Of a stretch of 48,094 bases of DNA, positions 9,929 through 20,113 are shown piece by piece. The position numbers and the translations under genes are program-made. The notes under the pieces are model-generated. The model made no database searches, had not been told where the DNA came from, and saw only the letters and a program-made list of their open reading frames with translations. The stretch lies in the sequence record SRR20825006_950. One strand, given 5' to 3'. How positions within the stretch are numbered: position 1 is the first letter of the stretch; the number at the start of each line of letters is the position of its first letter.

Positions 9929-11584
9929 ATGTTTGATAGTGTATTTACGCAAATCGGTGCCATTTTGGGCTTGGCGGCTATCGGCGGTATATTAGCTCAG
10001 TTTCTCAAACAACCGTTGATCGTCGCCTTCATCGTGGTGGGTATTCTGATTGGCCCATCTGGCTTTGAAATGGTCTCTCACAGCAGCGAAATTGAGTTGT
10101 TTGCCAGGCTCGGTATCGCGCTTCTGCTATTCGTCGTTGGTCTCAAGCTCGACTTACATGTTATCAGGACAGTGGGGCCTGTCGCCTTAGCCTCCGGCCT
10201 GGGTCAGGTATTTTTCACTTCTGTGGTTGGGTATCTGATTGCCCTCATGCTCGGTTTTGAGCATGTCCCTGCCATCTATATCGCAGTGGCACTGACCTTT
10301 TCCAGCACCATTATTATCGTCAAATTACTCTCAGATAAAAGAGAAGTAGATGCTTTGCATGGTCGTATCGCAGTCGGTTTTCTGATCGTGCAGGATATTG
10401 TGGTGGTTTTGGTGATGATTGGACTCACCGCCTATGGACAAGCCGACAGCGATACCAGCCTGGGATGGGAAGCGATTCAAATCATCCTCAAGGGGGGCGC
10501 GATGCTCCTCGTCGTCGCTTTGTTGATGCGCTATGTGCTGCCATGGTTGCTGCATCGACTGGCGCACTCCACTGAGTTATTGATGCTTTTTGCTATTGCC
10601 TGGGCCGTGATCGGCGCGACCACGGGTGAGCTACTGGGATTCAGTAAAGAAGTGGGCGCATTTCTGGCTGGAATTTCAATCGCCTCCACAGCTTATCGGG
10701 AGCAAGTCGCCGCTAGACTAGTCAGTCTGCGTGACTTTCTATTGCTGTTTTTCTTTGTTGAGTTAGGAGCCGCACTGGATTTGAGTTTGCTCGGTTCACA
10801 AGTTTTCGCGGCAAGCATCTTTTCAGTCTTTGTTCTGTTTGGTAACCCGCTGATTGTCATGGCGATTATGGGGTATATGGGGTACCGGAAACGAACTGGT
10901 TTTCTAGCTGGGCTGACCGTGGCTCAAATCAGCGAGTTCTCGCTTATACTCGCTGCACTGGGTCTGTCATTAGGACATCTCAGTCAGGAAGTCGTCGGCT
11001 TGATCACCCTGGTCGGACTGATAACTATCAGTGCCTCTACTTATATGATTCTCTATTCACATCAGATTTATGAACGCTATGCCCGGTTCTTATCTGTTTT
11101 TGAAAGACGAATTCCTTATCGTGAAGTGAATAATGCAGCGGCGTCTGAGCGTAATATAGAGATTCTTCTGGTTGGCCTTGGCCGGTTTGGTGCCTCGGTG
11201 GCAAGCAACCTGGCAAAGCGTGGCTGCCATTTTATGGCAGTGGACTTTGACCCTGAAGCGGTCAGGCGCCACAGCAGAGATGGTTATAACGTCCGCTACG
11301 GCGATGTGGAAAACCCTGAGTTTGTCGCGTCACTCCCGCTGGATAAAATTAATTGGGTAGTCAGTACGGTACGTGACAGCCAGATAAATCGCATGTTATT
11401 GAATGGCTTGAGACAACATGCTTACAAAGGGAAAACGGCTTTTTCAGTGACAAACAGACATGATCAGGTCATGTTTGCCAATGAAGGGGTGAATGTTGTG
11501 CTGGAGCCCTATTCTGACGCTGCTAAAGAAGCAGTGGATAAACTCCTCTCTGGTCGTTCCGGGGACAAAAAGGCAGATGAATGA
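9929..11584 (+). CDS. CPA2-family cation:proton antiporter with C-terminal TrkA-N/RCK domain (Kef-like)
   Basis: FSSTIIIVKLL, GFLIVQDI, QISEFSLI. C-terminal GLGRFG...YGD. Confidence 0.9.
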   Translation: MFDSVFTQIGAILGLAAIGGILAQFLKQPLIVAFIVVGILIGPSGFEMVSHSSEIELFARLGIALLLFVVGLKLDLHVIRTVGPVALASGLGQVFFTSVVGYLIALMLGFEHVPAIYIAVALTFSSTIIIVKLLSDKREVDALHGRIAVGFLIVQDIVVVLVMIGLTAYGQADSDTSLGWEAIQIILKGGAMLLVVALLMRYVLPWLLHRLAHSTELLMLFAIAWAVIGATTGELLGFSKEVGAFLAGISIASTAYREQVAARLVSLRDFLLLFFFVELGAALDLSLLGSQVFAASIFSVFVLFGNPLIVMAIMGYMGYRKRTGFLAGLTVAQISEFSLILAALGLSLGHLSQEVVGLITLVGLITISASTYMILYSHQIYERYARFLSVFERRIPYREVNNAAASERNIEILLVGLGRFGASVASNLAKRGCHFMAVDFDPEAVRRHSRDGYNVRYGDVENPEFVASLPLDKINWVVSTVRDSQINRMLLNGLRQHAYKGKTAFSVTNRHDQVMFANEGVNVVLEPYSDAAKEAVDKLLSGRSGDKKADE

Positions 11585-12549
11585 AGAAAATTAGACATAT
11601 TCTCTATCTATCCGAGCCGTCATTAGATCAGACTGAGATCCTCAAACAGGCCTTATCATTAGCTCAGCACCATAATGCCGGCTTGACCCTGTTAGAGGTC
11701 ATGCCAGAGGTTCGCACACAACTCAATCCCTTACCGCAAAACCTGAACATCCAGGAGCTGGAAGCAGAACTGCAGCATCAACGCTACACAAAGTTAGAAG
11801 CTTTGGTTTCTGAGCTGGAGCCGGATAGGGAAGTCAGCATTCAAGTCAGGAGCGGCAAACGATTTGTAGAAGCCATCCGGATGGTCTTGGCAGAGCACTA
11901 TGACCTGCTAATCAAAGCGGCTGAAAACCCACCCTGGCTTAATCGTTTGTTCGGTAGTGAGGATATGCACCTGTTGCGAAAATGTCCTTGTCCGTTATTA
12001 ATTATCAAGCAGAGTGGTAGAGCAGAGTATAAAAATGTTCTGCTGGCAATGGATTTTGATGCGACCGACCCCGGCTCTGCATTGAATCCTCAGAATATGG
12101 CTATGCTCGAACTGTCAGCCGATGTGGTCGCTAATCCGGAAACCCGTTTGCACATTCTGCATTGCTGGCAGCCACCAGATGAGATGCTGCTCAAGGCCTG
12201 GGGCAATATAGACGATAAGCAGACCCGTCAGTATGTTCATGATGAGAAGTCCGCCCATCAGCGTAGTCTTCAGCGTATTGCGGATACCATTAATCCCAAA
12301 CTCAGTAATTCCGAGCAGGGACAACGTTATGCCTATTTTCATTTGATCGAGGGGCCACCGCAGAAAGTGATACCAGAGCAGGCGCATCAAATCAGCGCCG
12401 ATCTGCTTGTAATGGGAAGTGTGGCCCGAACCGGCATCAGTGGGCTTTTTATTGGTAATACCGCAGAAATGGTACTGGAGCAGGTGGACTGTTCTGTGTT
12501 GATCATTAAGCCGGCAGGTTTTGTCTCTCCGGTAAAGCTTGATGATTAA
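11581..12549 (+). CDS. Tandem-domain universal stress protein (UspE-like)
   Basis: LFGSEDMHLLRKCPCP and DLLVMGSVARTGISGLFIGNTAE motifs. ATGA overlap with the upstream gene. Confidence 0.9.
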   Translation: MKKIRHILYLSEPSLDQTEILKQALSLAQHHNAGLTLLEVMPEVRTQLNPLPQNLNIQELEAELQHQRYTKLEALVSELEPDREVSIQVRSGKRFVEAIRMVLAEHYDLLIKAAENPPWLNRLFGSEDMHLLRKCPCPLLIIKQSGRAEYKNVLLAMDFDATDPGSALNPQNMAMLELSADVVANPETRLHILHCWQPPDEMLLKAWGNIDDKQTRQYVHDEKSAHQRSLQRIADTINPKLSNSEQGQRYAYFHLIEGPPQKVIPEQAHQISADLLVMGSVARTGISGLFIGNTAEMVLEQVDCSVLIIKPAGFVSPVKLDD

Positions 12550-12599
12550 TTTACCTGATAATCAGTCTTACCTCGCCGACGCTGTATGAAGAAGCTCAG

Positions 12600-13892
12600 A
12601 TGAAACCGGCCCAGTTTGATTCCCTCACTCGCTACATCGACATGCTGCTCGATGCGATTTGTGTAGTCGATGATCAAGGCCATTTTCTCTATGTCAGTGC
12701 CGGCGCTGAACGAATCTTTGGCTACAAGGCAGAAGAGATGATAGGCCGTCAGATGCTGGAGATGGTGCATCCGGATGATCGCGAGCGGACCTTGCAAACG
12801 GTCGCTGAAATCATGTCCGGTGTTGCCAAAGTCGATTTTGAGAATCGCTATATCCGTCATGATGGCCGCATAGTCCATCTGCTCTGGTCGGCACGCTGGT
12901 CGGAAGATGATGGTATCCGTGTCGCGGTCGCCCGCGATATTACCCGGCTTAAGCAGACTGAGGCACGGCAGACCGCCCTGATCAGTATTTCCGAAGCAGC
13001 GCATACGGAGCAGAGTCTCAATGATTTATATAAACGTATTCATGACGTCATTGCCGGCCTGATGTCGATGCAGCAATTTGTTATCGGTTTGTTTGATGAA
13101 CAAAGTGCTGTGACCGAACTGGCCTATCAATGTGGCTCAGGCGCTCTCAAAAATCAGGAAAAAGTGCTGGAAACGCTCTGCAGCCAGGTGGCGAGAAGAG
13201 GAGAGAGCTGGCCGAAATCGGAATGGGAAAAAACAGCCGTGCCGGGCTGGCTGGCTGTGCCACTGAAATCTCAGGATGGCATTGTCGGCGCGCTGATGGT
13301 GAAAACGGACGCCGATAACAAAGCAGACAATGTCGATGAAAGGGAACTGCTGGAATTTGTCTCTACCCAGATTGCGGCGGCGATAATGCGCCGGAAAATG
13401 CTGGAAAGCCTGCATCAGCTGGCGATGTTTGATCAACTCACCGGTCTCCCCAACCGGCGGCTTTTCCATGACCGTTTTCAGCAGGTACTGGCACGGGCCA
13501 AACGCAATCAGGAAAGCTTCGCATTGCTATACCTTGATCTGGATAAATTCAAACAGGCGAACGATCATTTCGGTCATGAAGCCGGGGACTGTATATTGCG
13601 GCAAACCGCCCAAAGGCTGAACACCTGCCTGCGTGATACGGATACGGTCGCCAGATTGGGCGGTGACGAATTTGTGATGATTCTGGATTGTATCGACCCA
13701 AAAAATGTTCAGGAGGTCGTCGATAAAGTCAGGGCTGAGCTCTCACTGCCTTATCAGCTCGACGATACCATGCTGGGCATGTCAGCCAGTATCGGGGTGG
13801 CCTGCTTTCCTGAGCACGGCGAGACACAAAAGGCGCTGCTGCAGCAGGCGGATAGTGATATGTACCGGGTTAAGCGCGCTGGTCGGCATTAA
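12600..13892 (+). CDS. PAS-GAF-GGDEF diguanylate cyclase
   Basis: PAS (VHPDDR), GAF-like (WLAVPL...G.VGAL), DQLTGLPNRR, RDTD I-site and RLGGDEF. Confidence 0.92.
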   Translation: MKPAQFDSLTRYIDMLLDAICVVDDQGHFLYVSAGAERIFGYKAEEMIGRQMLEMVHPDDRERTLQTVAEIMSGVAKVDFENRYIRHDGRIVHLLWSARWSEDDGIRVAVARDITRLKQTEARQTALISISEAAHTEQSLNDLYKRIHDVIAGLMSMQQFVIGLFDEQSAVTELAYQCGSGALKNQEKVLETLCSQVARRGESWPKSEWEKTAVPGWLAVPLKSQDGIVGALMVKTDADNKADNVDERELLEFVSTQIAAAIMRRKMLESLHQLAMFDQLTGLPNRRLFHDRFQQVLARAKRNQESFALLYLDLDKFKQANDHFGHEAGDCILRQTAQRLNTCLRDTDTVARLGGDEFVMILDCIDPKNVQEVVDKVRAELSLPYQLDDTMLGMSASIGVACFPEHGETQKALLQQADSDMYRVKRAGRH

Positions 13893-14005
13893 ACGGTATG
13901 ACTTGCTTCACAGTTTTATTAAACGATTGAATCAATAACTATTTTCAATCGAACTCCTCAGTGTCAGCCCTGTCCTAATAACTAACAAAAATGACAGGAG
14001 GTTAC

Positions 14006-14431
14006 ATGAAAAAATTCACTTCGGTACTCACTGCGTTATTTTTTACCGGTCTTCTGGCTGCTGGCTCAGCCATGGCTGCAGACCACAGCGTTCAAGCACA
14101 GGGCATGAAGTTCTCGCCTATGATCATTACCATAGAACCAGGTGACACCGTTTCCTGGGGAAATATGTCCACACACAATGTGCATATGATGGAAGGACTT
14201 ATCCCGGAAGGGGCTGAAGCCTTTGTTTCTCCGATGAGTGACGATGTAAGCCATACTTTTGAAAATGAAGGTATCCACATCTATCAGTGTGATCCACACA
14301 TTGGTGCCGGCATGGGCGGCGCTGTAATCGTCGGTAAGCCAAGCAACCTGGAAGACATCAAATCTCAGGATGTGTCAGGTGGTTTAGGTCGGGTTGTCGA
14401 CAAAGCTATCGAAAAAGCTGAAGGAATGTAA
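14006..14431 (+). CDS. Pseudoazurin/plastocyanin-like blue copper protein
   Basis: Signal peptide and type-1 Cu ligands H(NV)...C-D-P-H-x4-M. AGGAGG RBS before ATG 14006. Confidence 0.88.
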   Translation: MKKFTSVLTALFFTGLLAAGSAMAADHSVQAQGMKFSPMIITIEPGDTVSWGNMSTHNVHMMEGLIPEGAEAFVSPMSDDVSHTFENEGIHIYQCDPHIGAGMGGAVIVGKPSNLEDIKSQDVSGGLGRVVDKAIEKAEGM

Positions 14432-14453
14432 TCAACAACCCATCGCAGAACTT

Positions 14454-14482
14454 AAACCGGCTGCATCTGCAGCCGGTTTTTT
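14454..14482. terminator. Rho-independent terminator between convergent genes
   Basis: aaaccggctgca-tc-tgcagccggtttttt. Confidence 0.85.
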
Positions 14483-14493
14483 ATTGTCTGTTA

Positions 14494-14814
14494 TCAGCTG
14501 AAAAACACTGCTAGCCAGATGGTCGGCTGCTCAGCATCGGTTCTGACAACCTTGTGCCGCTGGTGCGCTGGAATCAACACATAGTCGCCGGTTTTCAGTT
14601 CGATTACGCGTTCATCTTCAAACAAAAGCGTGCCTGAACCGCTCAGCATGATAACCCATTCATTTTCCTCCTGGTCATACCAGCCTGATTCAGGAGAACA
14701 ATGGCCGTGAGAAATAATGCGTTCTATACGAATATTTCCCCTGGTCAGGATGTCCTCAAAGACCTCTTTATCAATCGATTTTGGCAAGTCTGAAAAAATA
14801 TTGTTTTTAGTCAT
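14494..14814 (-). CDS. Cupin domain protein
   Basis: RIERIISHG...WYDQEENEWV...IPAHQRH...TIWLAV. Likely start ATG 14814, overlapping the symporter stop. Confidence 0.85.
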   Translation of the reverse strand: MTKNNIFSDLPKSIDKEVFEDILTRGNIRIERIISHGHCSPESGWYDQEENEWVIMLSGSGTLLFEDERVIELKTGDYVLIPAHQRHKVVRTDAEQPTIWLAVFFS

Positions 14815-16189
14815 TGCTTGTTGAAGTTGATTCAATTTCAGTCAGTTTCTCAGCCGGACCGGCCTGTTTTCTAGCCCAAGCCTCCATCAGGCGGGAAGTG
14901 ACCAGATCCCCGGTCACATTAACGGCCGTCCTCGACATATCCAGAATACGATCAACCCCCATAATCAGTGCAATACCGCTGGGCGGAATACCGACCGTTG
15001 TCAGCACCATTGATAGAATCACGATGCCGACACCGGGTGTGGCGGGGGAACCAATTGAGGCACCAACCGCCATCGCCACAATCAGCGCCATGCTGGCCAT
15101 ACTCAGATCGATACCATAAGCCTGGGCCAGAAAGACGGTAGCGACGCTTTGATACAGCGCTGTGCCGTTCATGTTGATAGTGGCACCGAGCGGAATAACA
15201 AACTGTGCAATCGAAGGTCTGACGGCCAGCTTATCCTGAGCTGTACGTATCGACAATGGCATCACCGCGGCAGAACTCGAGGTGGAAAAAGCGAGCAACA
15301 GTACATCCCGGCAATGTTTGAGAAACAGCACTGGATGCTGTCCGGCCAGCACTCTTAACAGCAGCAGATAAACAAGCATCATCAGAAGAAGGCCTGTTAA
15401 CACAGTCAGGACATAAGAAGCCATGCCCAGCAAAGCACTGAAACCGATACTGGTAGTGAGTTGAGCCATAAGACCAAAGACGGCATAGGGCGCCAGTCGC
15501 ATTGCCCAGTGAACGACGGTCATGCAGATTTGTTGTAGGGAACGCAGCAGGTCCAGCATCGGCCGTGATTGTTCAATGGGCATAGACACCATGGCCACGC
15601 CGACAATGATGGAGAAAATAACGACCTGTAACATCTGCCCCTGCACCATCGCATCAAGCGGGTTCCCCGGTAGCAGGCCCAACACTACATCAGGCAGGGT
15701 GGTCAGATCCGGAATAGTGGCCGGTGCAACCTGACTGTTGTCCCTCGGAGGCAGGGCGACGTTCTGCAGCAGTTTACCCGGGCTGAACAAATGTCCGACC
15801 CACAAGCCGATAGCAGCAGCCAATGCCGTCGTGGCGGTAAAGAACAGAACCACCCTGACCCCGACTTTGCGCAGTTGCTCCATATCTTCAGTGGCGGCTA
15901 GCCCGCGTACCACTGAGGCGATGACCAAAGGAATGACAATCATCTGAATGGTGGCAATAAACAACCGACCCGGAAAAGCCAGCCAGTTACCGATAATGGA
16001 TCCGGTGGCAGGTTCAACGAGCCCGACTGAGGGGCCAAGCACTATCCCGGTTAATAAGCCCAGAAACATGCCTATCAGGACTTTAAGCCAGAGTCGATCC
16101 TGGACCAGGCCAAATAAGTAGCTGCTGAGGGAGCGATGAGGTGATAAAGCGGGTTGACTGTCTGGCTCTTGGATTGTTTTTTCTGACAT
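14807..16189 (-). CDS. Dicarboxylate/amino acid:cation symporter (DAACS family)
   Basis: AFSTSSSAAVMP, PLGATINMNGTALY and GVDRILDMSRTAVNVTGD signatures. Confidence 0.95.
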   Translation of the reverse strand: MSEKTIQEPDSQPALSPHRSLSSYLFGLVQDRLWLKVLIGMFLGLLTGIVLGPSVGLVEPATGSIIGNWLAFPGRLFIATIQMIVIPLVIASVVRGLAATEDMEQLRKVGVRVVLFFTATTALAAAIGLWVGHLFSPGKLLQNVALPPRDNSQVAPATIPDLTTLPDVVLGLLPGNPLDAMVQGQMLQVVIFSIIVGVAMVSMPIEQSRPMLDLLRSLQQICMTVVHWAMRLAPYAVFGLMAQLTTSIGFSALLGMASYVLTVLTGLLLMMLVYLLLLRVLAGQHPVLFLKHCRDVLLLAFSTSSSAAVMPLSIRTAQDKLAVRPSIAQFVIPLGATINMNGTALYQSVATVFLAQAYGIDLSMASMALIVAMAVGASIGSPATPGVGIVILSMVLTTVGIPPSGIALIMGVDRILDMSRTAVNVTGDLVTSRLMEAWARKQAGPAEKLTEIESTSTSND

Positions 16190-16398
16190 GACGCGTCCCT
16201 GAACTGATGGTTGAGCGAGTCGATAAAGCTAGCTCAAATTCAAAATAGCACAAGAAAAGCCTTGTTGGGTCCCTCAATGAGAGAGGGAGCCAGTCGCAGC
16301 AGGAATTGCGTCATAAGCCGGATTCTGTTCCACTTGGGGGCATAGGGTGTGCAACAATACGCACAACAATTCTGGGCGGTCAAAAGGACGATTTGAGT

Positions 16399-17487
16399 AT
16401 GACCTTGCGGGCAATTTTTAGTGACTGGGCTGAGCGTTACTTTTCTGACGAAGAAGCAGTGGTCATGCTGATTGTACTGGTACTGGGCTTTGCCGCAGTG
16501 ATCTGGTTCGGTCGCATGCTGGCCCCGTTTTTTACAGCGCTGGTGCTGGCCTTCCTGCTGCAGGGCGTTGTGAACTTGCTCACCCGCAGACATGTGCCGG
16601 AAAAGATCGCCATCGGCATGGTCTTCCTGGGCTTTATTGGCGCGATGCTGGCCCTGGCCTTTCTGTTGATGCCACTGTTATGGAATCAGTTGGTTAATCT
16701 GGTGCAGGAAATCCCCAAAATGTTGTCCAGCGGCCAGCAATGGCTGGATCAACTGCAACAGAAATATCCCAATTTCGTCACCCAGGATCAGATCCAGACC
16801 TGGATTGCTGCCATCAGCCGCGAATTCAATCTCTATGCACAACGGGCGCTGACTTTGTCTCTGGCTTCGCTTGGCAGCGTGATTGGCTTGATTGTCTATC
16901 TGGTACTGGTACCGATTCTGATCTTTTTTATGTTGAAAGACCGTGCAAAACTGGTCGGTTTTACACTGTCGGTATTACCCGAAAAACGTGGCCTGATGAG
17001 CCGGATCTGGAATGAAATGGATGACCAGATTGCCAACTATGTCCGCGGTAAAGTGGTCGAAATCATCATTGTCGGTTCAATCACTTTCGTCACCTTCGCC
17101 TTGTTCGGTCTGCCTTATTCGGCGCTGCTTGCTGTATTGGTGGGGTTTTCCGTATTAGTCCCGTTTATCGGGGCGGCTGTGGCTACCTTGCCGGTTGCTG
17201 CCGTGGCCGGTTTTCACTTTGGTCTGACCAATGAGTTTCTCTATGTGGTGATCGCCTATGGCGTCATTCAGGCCCTGGATGGCAATGTACTGGTACCGGT
17301 GTTGTTCTCCGAAGCGGTCAACCTGCATCCGGTCTCGATCATTCTCGCCGTGTTGTTCTTTGGCGGGATCTGGGGCTTCTGGGGTATTTTCTTCGCCATT
17401 CCTCTGGCGACACTGTTGAAAGCCTTAATGAACGCCTGGCCACGCAGCCTGAAGCGCAGTCAGCAACCGCCTGCACCTTCCCTTTAA
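16399..17487 (+). CDS. AI-2E family (PerM-like) transporter
   Basis: NYVRGK..EI.IVG, QALDGNVLVP.LFSEAVNLHPV, FFAIPLATL. Start probably ATG 16399. Confidence 0.9.
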   Translation: MTLRAIFSDWAERYFSDEEAVVMLIVLVLGFAAVIWFGRMLAPFFTALVLAFLLQGVVNLLTRRHVPEKIAIGMVFLGFIGAMLALAFLLMPLLWNQLVNLVQEIPKMLSSGQQWLDQLQQKYPNFVTQDQIQTWIAAISREFNLYAQRALTLSLASLGSVIGLIVYLVLVPILIFFMLKDRAKLVGFTLSVLPEKRGLMSRIWNEMDDQIANYVRGKVVEIIIVGSITFVTFALFGLPYSALLAVLVGFSVLVPFIGAAVATLPVAAVAGFHFGLTNEFLYVVIAYGVIQALDGNVLVPVLFSEAVNLHPVSIILAVLFFGGIWGFWGIFFAIPLATLLKALMNAWPRSLKRSQQPPAPSL

Positions 17488-17536
17488 GTATGGTTTAAGC
17501 CTGTGCATCGGCACTATAGGCAGGCTTTTTGTTATA

Positions 17537-17559
17537 AACAGGTAAATTAAATACCTGAT
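17537..17559. promoter_or_regulatory. Putative Rrf2/NsrR-type operator upstream of the NO reductase
   Basis: 23-bp imperfect palindrome aacaggtaaattaaatacctgat, resembling the 11-1-11 NsrR box geometry. Confidence 0.45.
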
Positions 17560-17816
17560 TATTGAATTCTCTGTTCGATAAGCGTAACTTATCACTAACG
17601 CTTGATTGTATTAAATAAAAAGCCATTAATAATTAATATGTTACAAGATATTTTTGATAAAGCGTTCGTTTACTGGGAAGTCAGCTGATATACGTCCTGA
17701 TTTACTCTCACTAACAGATAAAAAATCACCGCGCGGCACCCTATCACTCGATGAGCCCAAGTTGTAACTGACTCTGGCCCTCAGGGATAGGCGTTATCAC
17801 AAAAAGGAGTGAGCTG

Positions 17817-20081
17817 ATGACAAACGTAAAAAAACTCTGGTCGTTTCTGGCGCTGCTACTGGTTGTTTCATTTGGTGTTTTAATCTGGAGCGGAAACCAG
17901 ATTTATCAGAAAGCGCCCCCGATGCCTGAAAAAGTCGTCACCAGCGGTGGCGAGTTAATCTATAGTCGCGATGAAATCCAGCGTGGGCGTCAGGTCTGGC
18001 AATCATTCGGAGGCATGCAACTGGGCTCGATCTGGGGCCATGGCGGTTATGTCGCCCCAGACTGGAGTGCCGACTGGATGCATCGGGAGATAATGGCTTT
18101 ACTCGATATCTGGGCCAGTGAGGAATACGGCCTTGATAGCTATGAACAGGCCAGTTCAGAACAACAGGCCGCACTGGAAGGCCGGCTTAAATCCCGTGTC
18201 AGAGAAAATACCTACAACCCTGAAACGGGCGTCATCACGCTCAGTCAGGATAGGGCCCAGGCAATCAGCCAGGTAGCCGGGCATTATCAAAGTCTTTTCA
18301 GTAACGATCCGGCAACCGCTGAGCTGCGTGAAGCATACGCCATGAAGAACAACACGGTCTCCACGCCTGAAAACCGCCGTGTTTTATCCGCTTTTTTCTG
18401 GTGGACTGGCTGGGCCACCATGACCAACCGAATTGATGACGATACGACCTATACCAATAACTGGCCCAGTGAGCCACTGATTGATAATGAGCCACCACCC
18501 AGCATGTTCCTGTGGTCCGTGTTCAGCGTGACTTTTCTGCTCGCCGGTATTGGTCTGATGGGCTGGTATTACGCGGTTTCACATGACAGAGAGAAAGCCA
18601 CCAGCCAGTTGCCGGAAACCGACCCCATGCGGGATTTGCAACCCACGCCTTCGATGCTGGCAACAGCAAAATATTTCTGGGTATTACTGGCCTTGTTCCT
18701 GGTGCAGATTCTGCTTGGGGCGATAACGGCTCACTATCAGGTGGAAGGGCAGGTGATGTATGGCTATGAGCTGGCCGATATTCTGCCTTACTCGATAACG
18801 CGAACCTGGCATACGCAACTGGCGGTGCTGTGGATCGCACTTGCCTGGCTGGCAACCGGGCTCTATATAGGTCCGGCTGTGTCTGGCTATGAGCCGCCTT
18901 ATCAGCGACTCGGTGTGAATGTGCTCTGGGTTTGTCTGCTGGTGATTGTGGTCGGTGCGTTTGCCGGACAGTGGCTGGCGATCAATCAAACCCTGGGTCT
19001 GGAACATAATTTCTGGTTCGGCCATCAGGGCTGGGAATATGCGGATATCGGCCGTTTCTGGCAATGGTTTCTGTTTATCGGTCTGTTGCTCTGGCTGTTT
19101 CTGGTCGGTCGCGCCTTGTGGCCGACTTTGCGGCAGCCTTCTGAAAACCGTTCGATCATTGGCTTGTTGTTCCTGTCTACAGTCGCCATCGGTTTATTCT
19201 TCGGTGCGGCACTGGTCTGGAATGAACATACCCATATCTCGATGGTCGAGTACTGGCGCTGGTGGCTGGTTCACCTCTGGGTGGAAGGCTTCTTCGAGGT
19301 GTTCGCGACAGCGGTTATCGCCTTTCTGTTTACCCGTCTGGGGTTAATACCGGTGAAAATCGCCACAGTCGCGGTCCTGTTCGCCACCATTATCTTTATG
19401 TCCGGCGGCGTGATCGGAACCTTGCATCATCTCTATTTTGTGGGCTCACCAACACCGGTACTCGCCCTGGGGGCCAGCTTCTCGGCCCTGGAGGTGGTGC
19501 CATTGGCCTATATTGGCTTTGAGGCCTACCACAACTACCGGCTGGGCAAAGCCACGGAATGGATGAAGCGCTATCGCTGGCCGGTGATGTTCTTTGTTGC
19601 GGTGGCCTTCTGGAACCTAGTCGGCGCCGGCCTGTTCGGCTTTCTGATTAATCCGCCCTTATCGCTGTATTACATGCAGGGCCTGAACCTGACGCCGTTA
19701 CATGGACATACCGCTTTATTCGGTGTCTACGGCATGCTCGGTATCGGACTGGCACTGTTTTGTCTGCGCGGCATCAGACCGAACCTCATCTGGCCGGAAA
19801 GCATTCTGAAAGCGAGCTTCTGGTGCCTCAATATCGGTCTGGCCTTAATGGCGTTGCTCACGTTGTTGCCACTGGGTGTGCTGCAATTATTTGCCAGTCT
19901 GGAGAAAGGCTACTGGTATGCCCGTTCAGCCGAATTTATGCAGCAACCACTGGTTGATTTGCTGGTCTGGATGCGTGTGCCCGGTGACACAATCTTTGCC
20001 ATTGGTGCGTTGCTGCTGGCCTGGTTTATCGCCAGCCTGTGGATTGCGCCGAAATATGATGAGGCGGCGAGCCGGCGCTGA
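17817..20081 (+). CDS. norB: Quinol-dependent nitric oxide reductase (qNor, long-chain NorB/NorZ)
   Basis: 754 aa. GSIWGHG.Y.APDWSADW.H, RTWHTQL, VHLWVEGFFEVF, GTLHHLYF and TPLHGHTALFGVYG motifs. AAAGGAG RBS. Confidence 0.95.
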   Translation: MTNVKKLWSFLALLLVVSFGVLIWSGNQIYQKAPPMPEKVVTSGGELIYSRDEIQRGRQVWQSFGGMQLGSIWGHGGYVAPDWSADWMHREIMALLDIWASEEYGLDSYEQASSEQQAALEGRLKSRVRENTYNPETGVITLSQDRAQAISQVAGHYQSLFSNDPATAELREAYAMKNNTVSTPENRRVLSAFFWWTGWATMTNRIDDDTTYTNNWPSEPLIDNEPPPSMFLWSVFSVTFLLAGIGLMGWYYAVSHDREKATSQLPETDPMRDLQPTPSMLATAKYFWVLLALFLVQILLGAITAHYQVEGQVMYGYELADILPYSITRTWHTQLAVLWIALAWLATGLYIGPAVSGYEPPYQRLGVNVLWVCLLVIVVGAFAGQWLAINQTLGLEHNFWFGHQGWEYADIGRFWQWFLFIGLLLWLFLVGRALWPTLRQPSENRSIIGLLFLSTVAIGLFFGAALVWNEHTHISMVEYWRWWLVHLWVEGFFEVFATAVIAFLFTRLGLIPVKIATVAVLFATIIFMSGGVIGTLHHLYFVGSPTPVLALGASFSALEVVPLAYIGFEAYHNYRLGKATEWMKRYRWPVMFFVAVAFWNLVGAGLFGFLINPPLSLYYMQGLNLTPLHGHTALFGVYGMLGIGLALFCLRGIRPNLIWPESILKASFWCLNIGLALMALLTLLPLGVLQLFASLEKGYWYARSAEFMQQPLVDLLVWMRVPGDTIFAIGALLLAWFIASLWIAPKYDEAASRR

Positions 20082-20113
20082 AAACCGCCTGATAAGCCGG
20101 GGAGTGACGCATA

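Noticed and set aside
17602-17615. FNR/DNR box upstream of qNor as a firm feature
   Set aside because: Only the TTGAT half matches; the second half has two mismatches in an AT-rich background.
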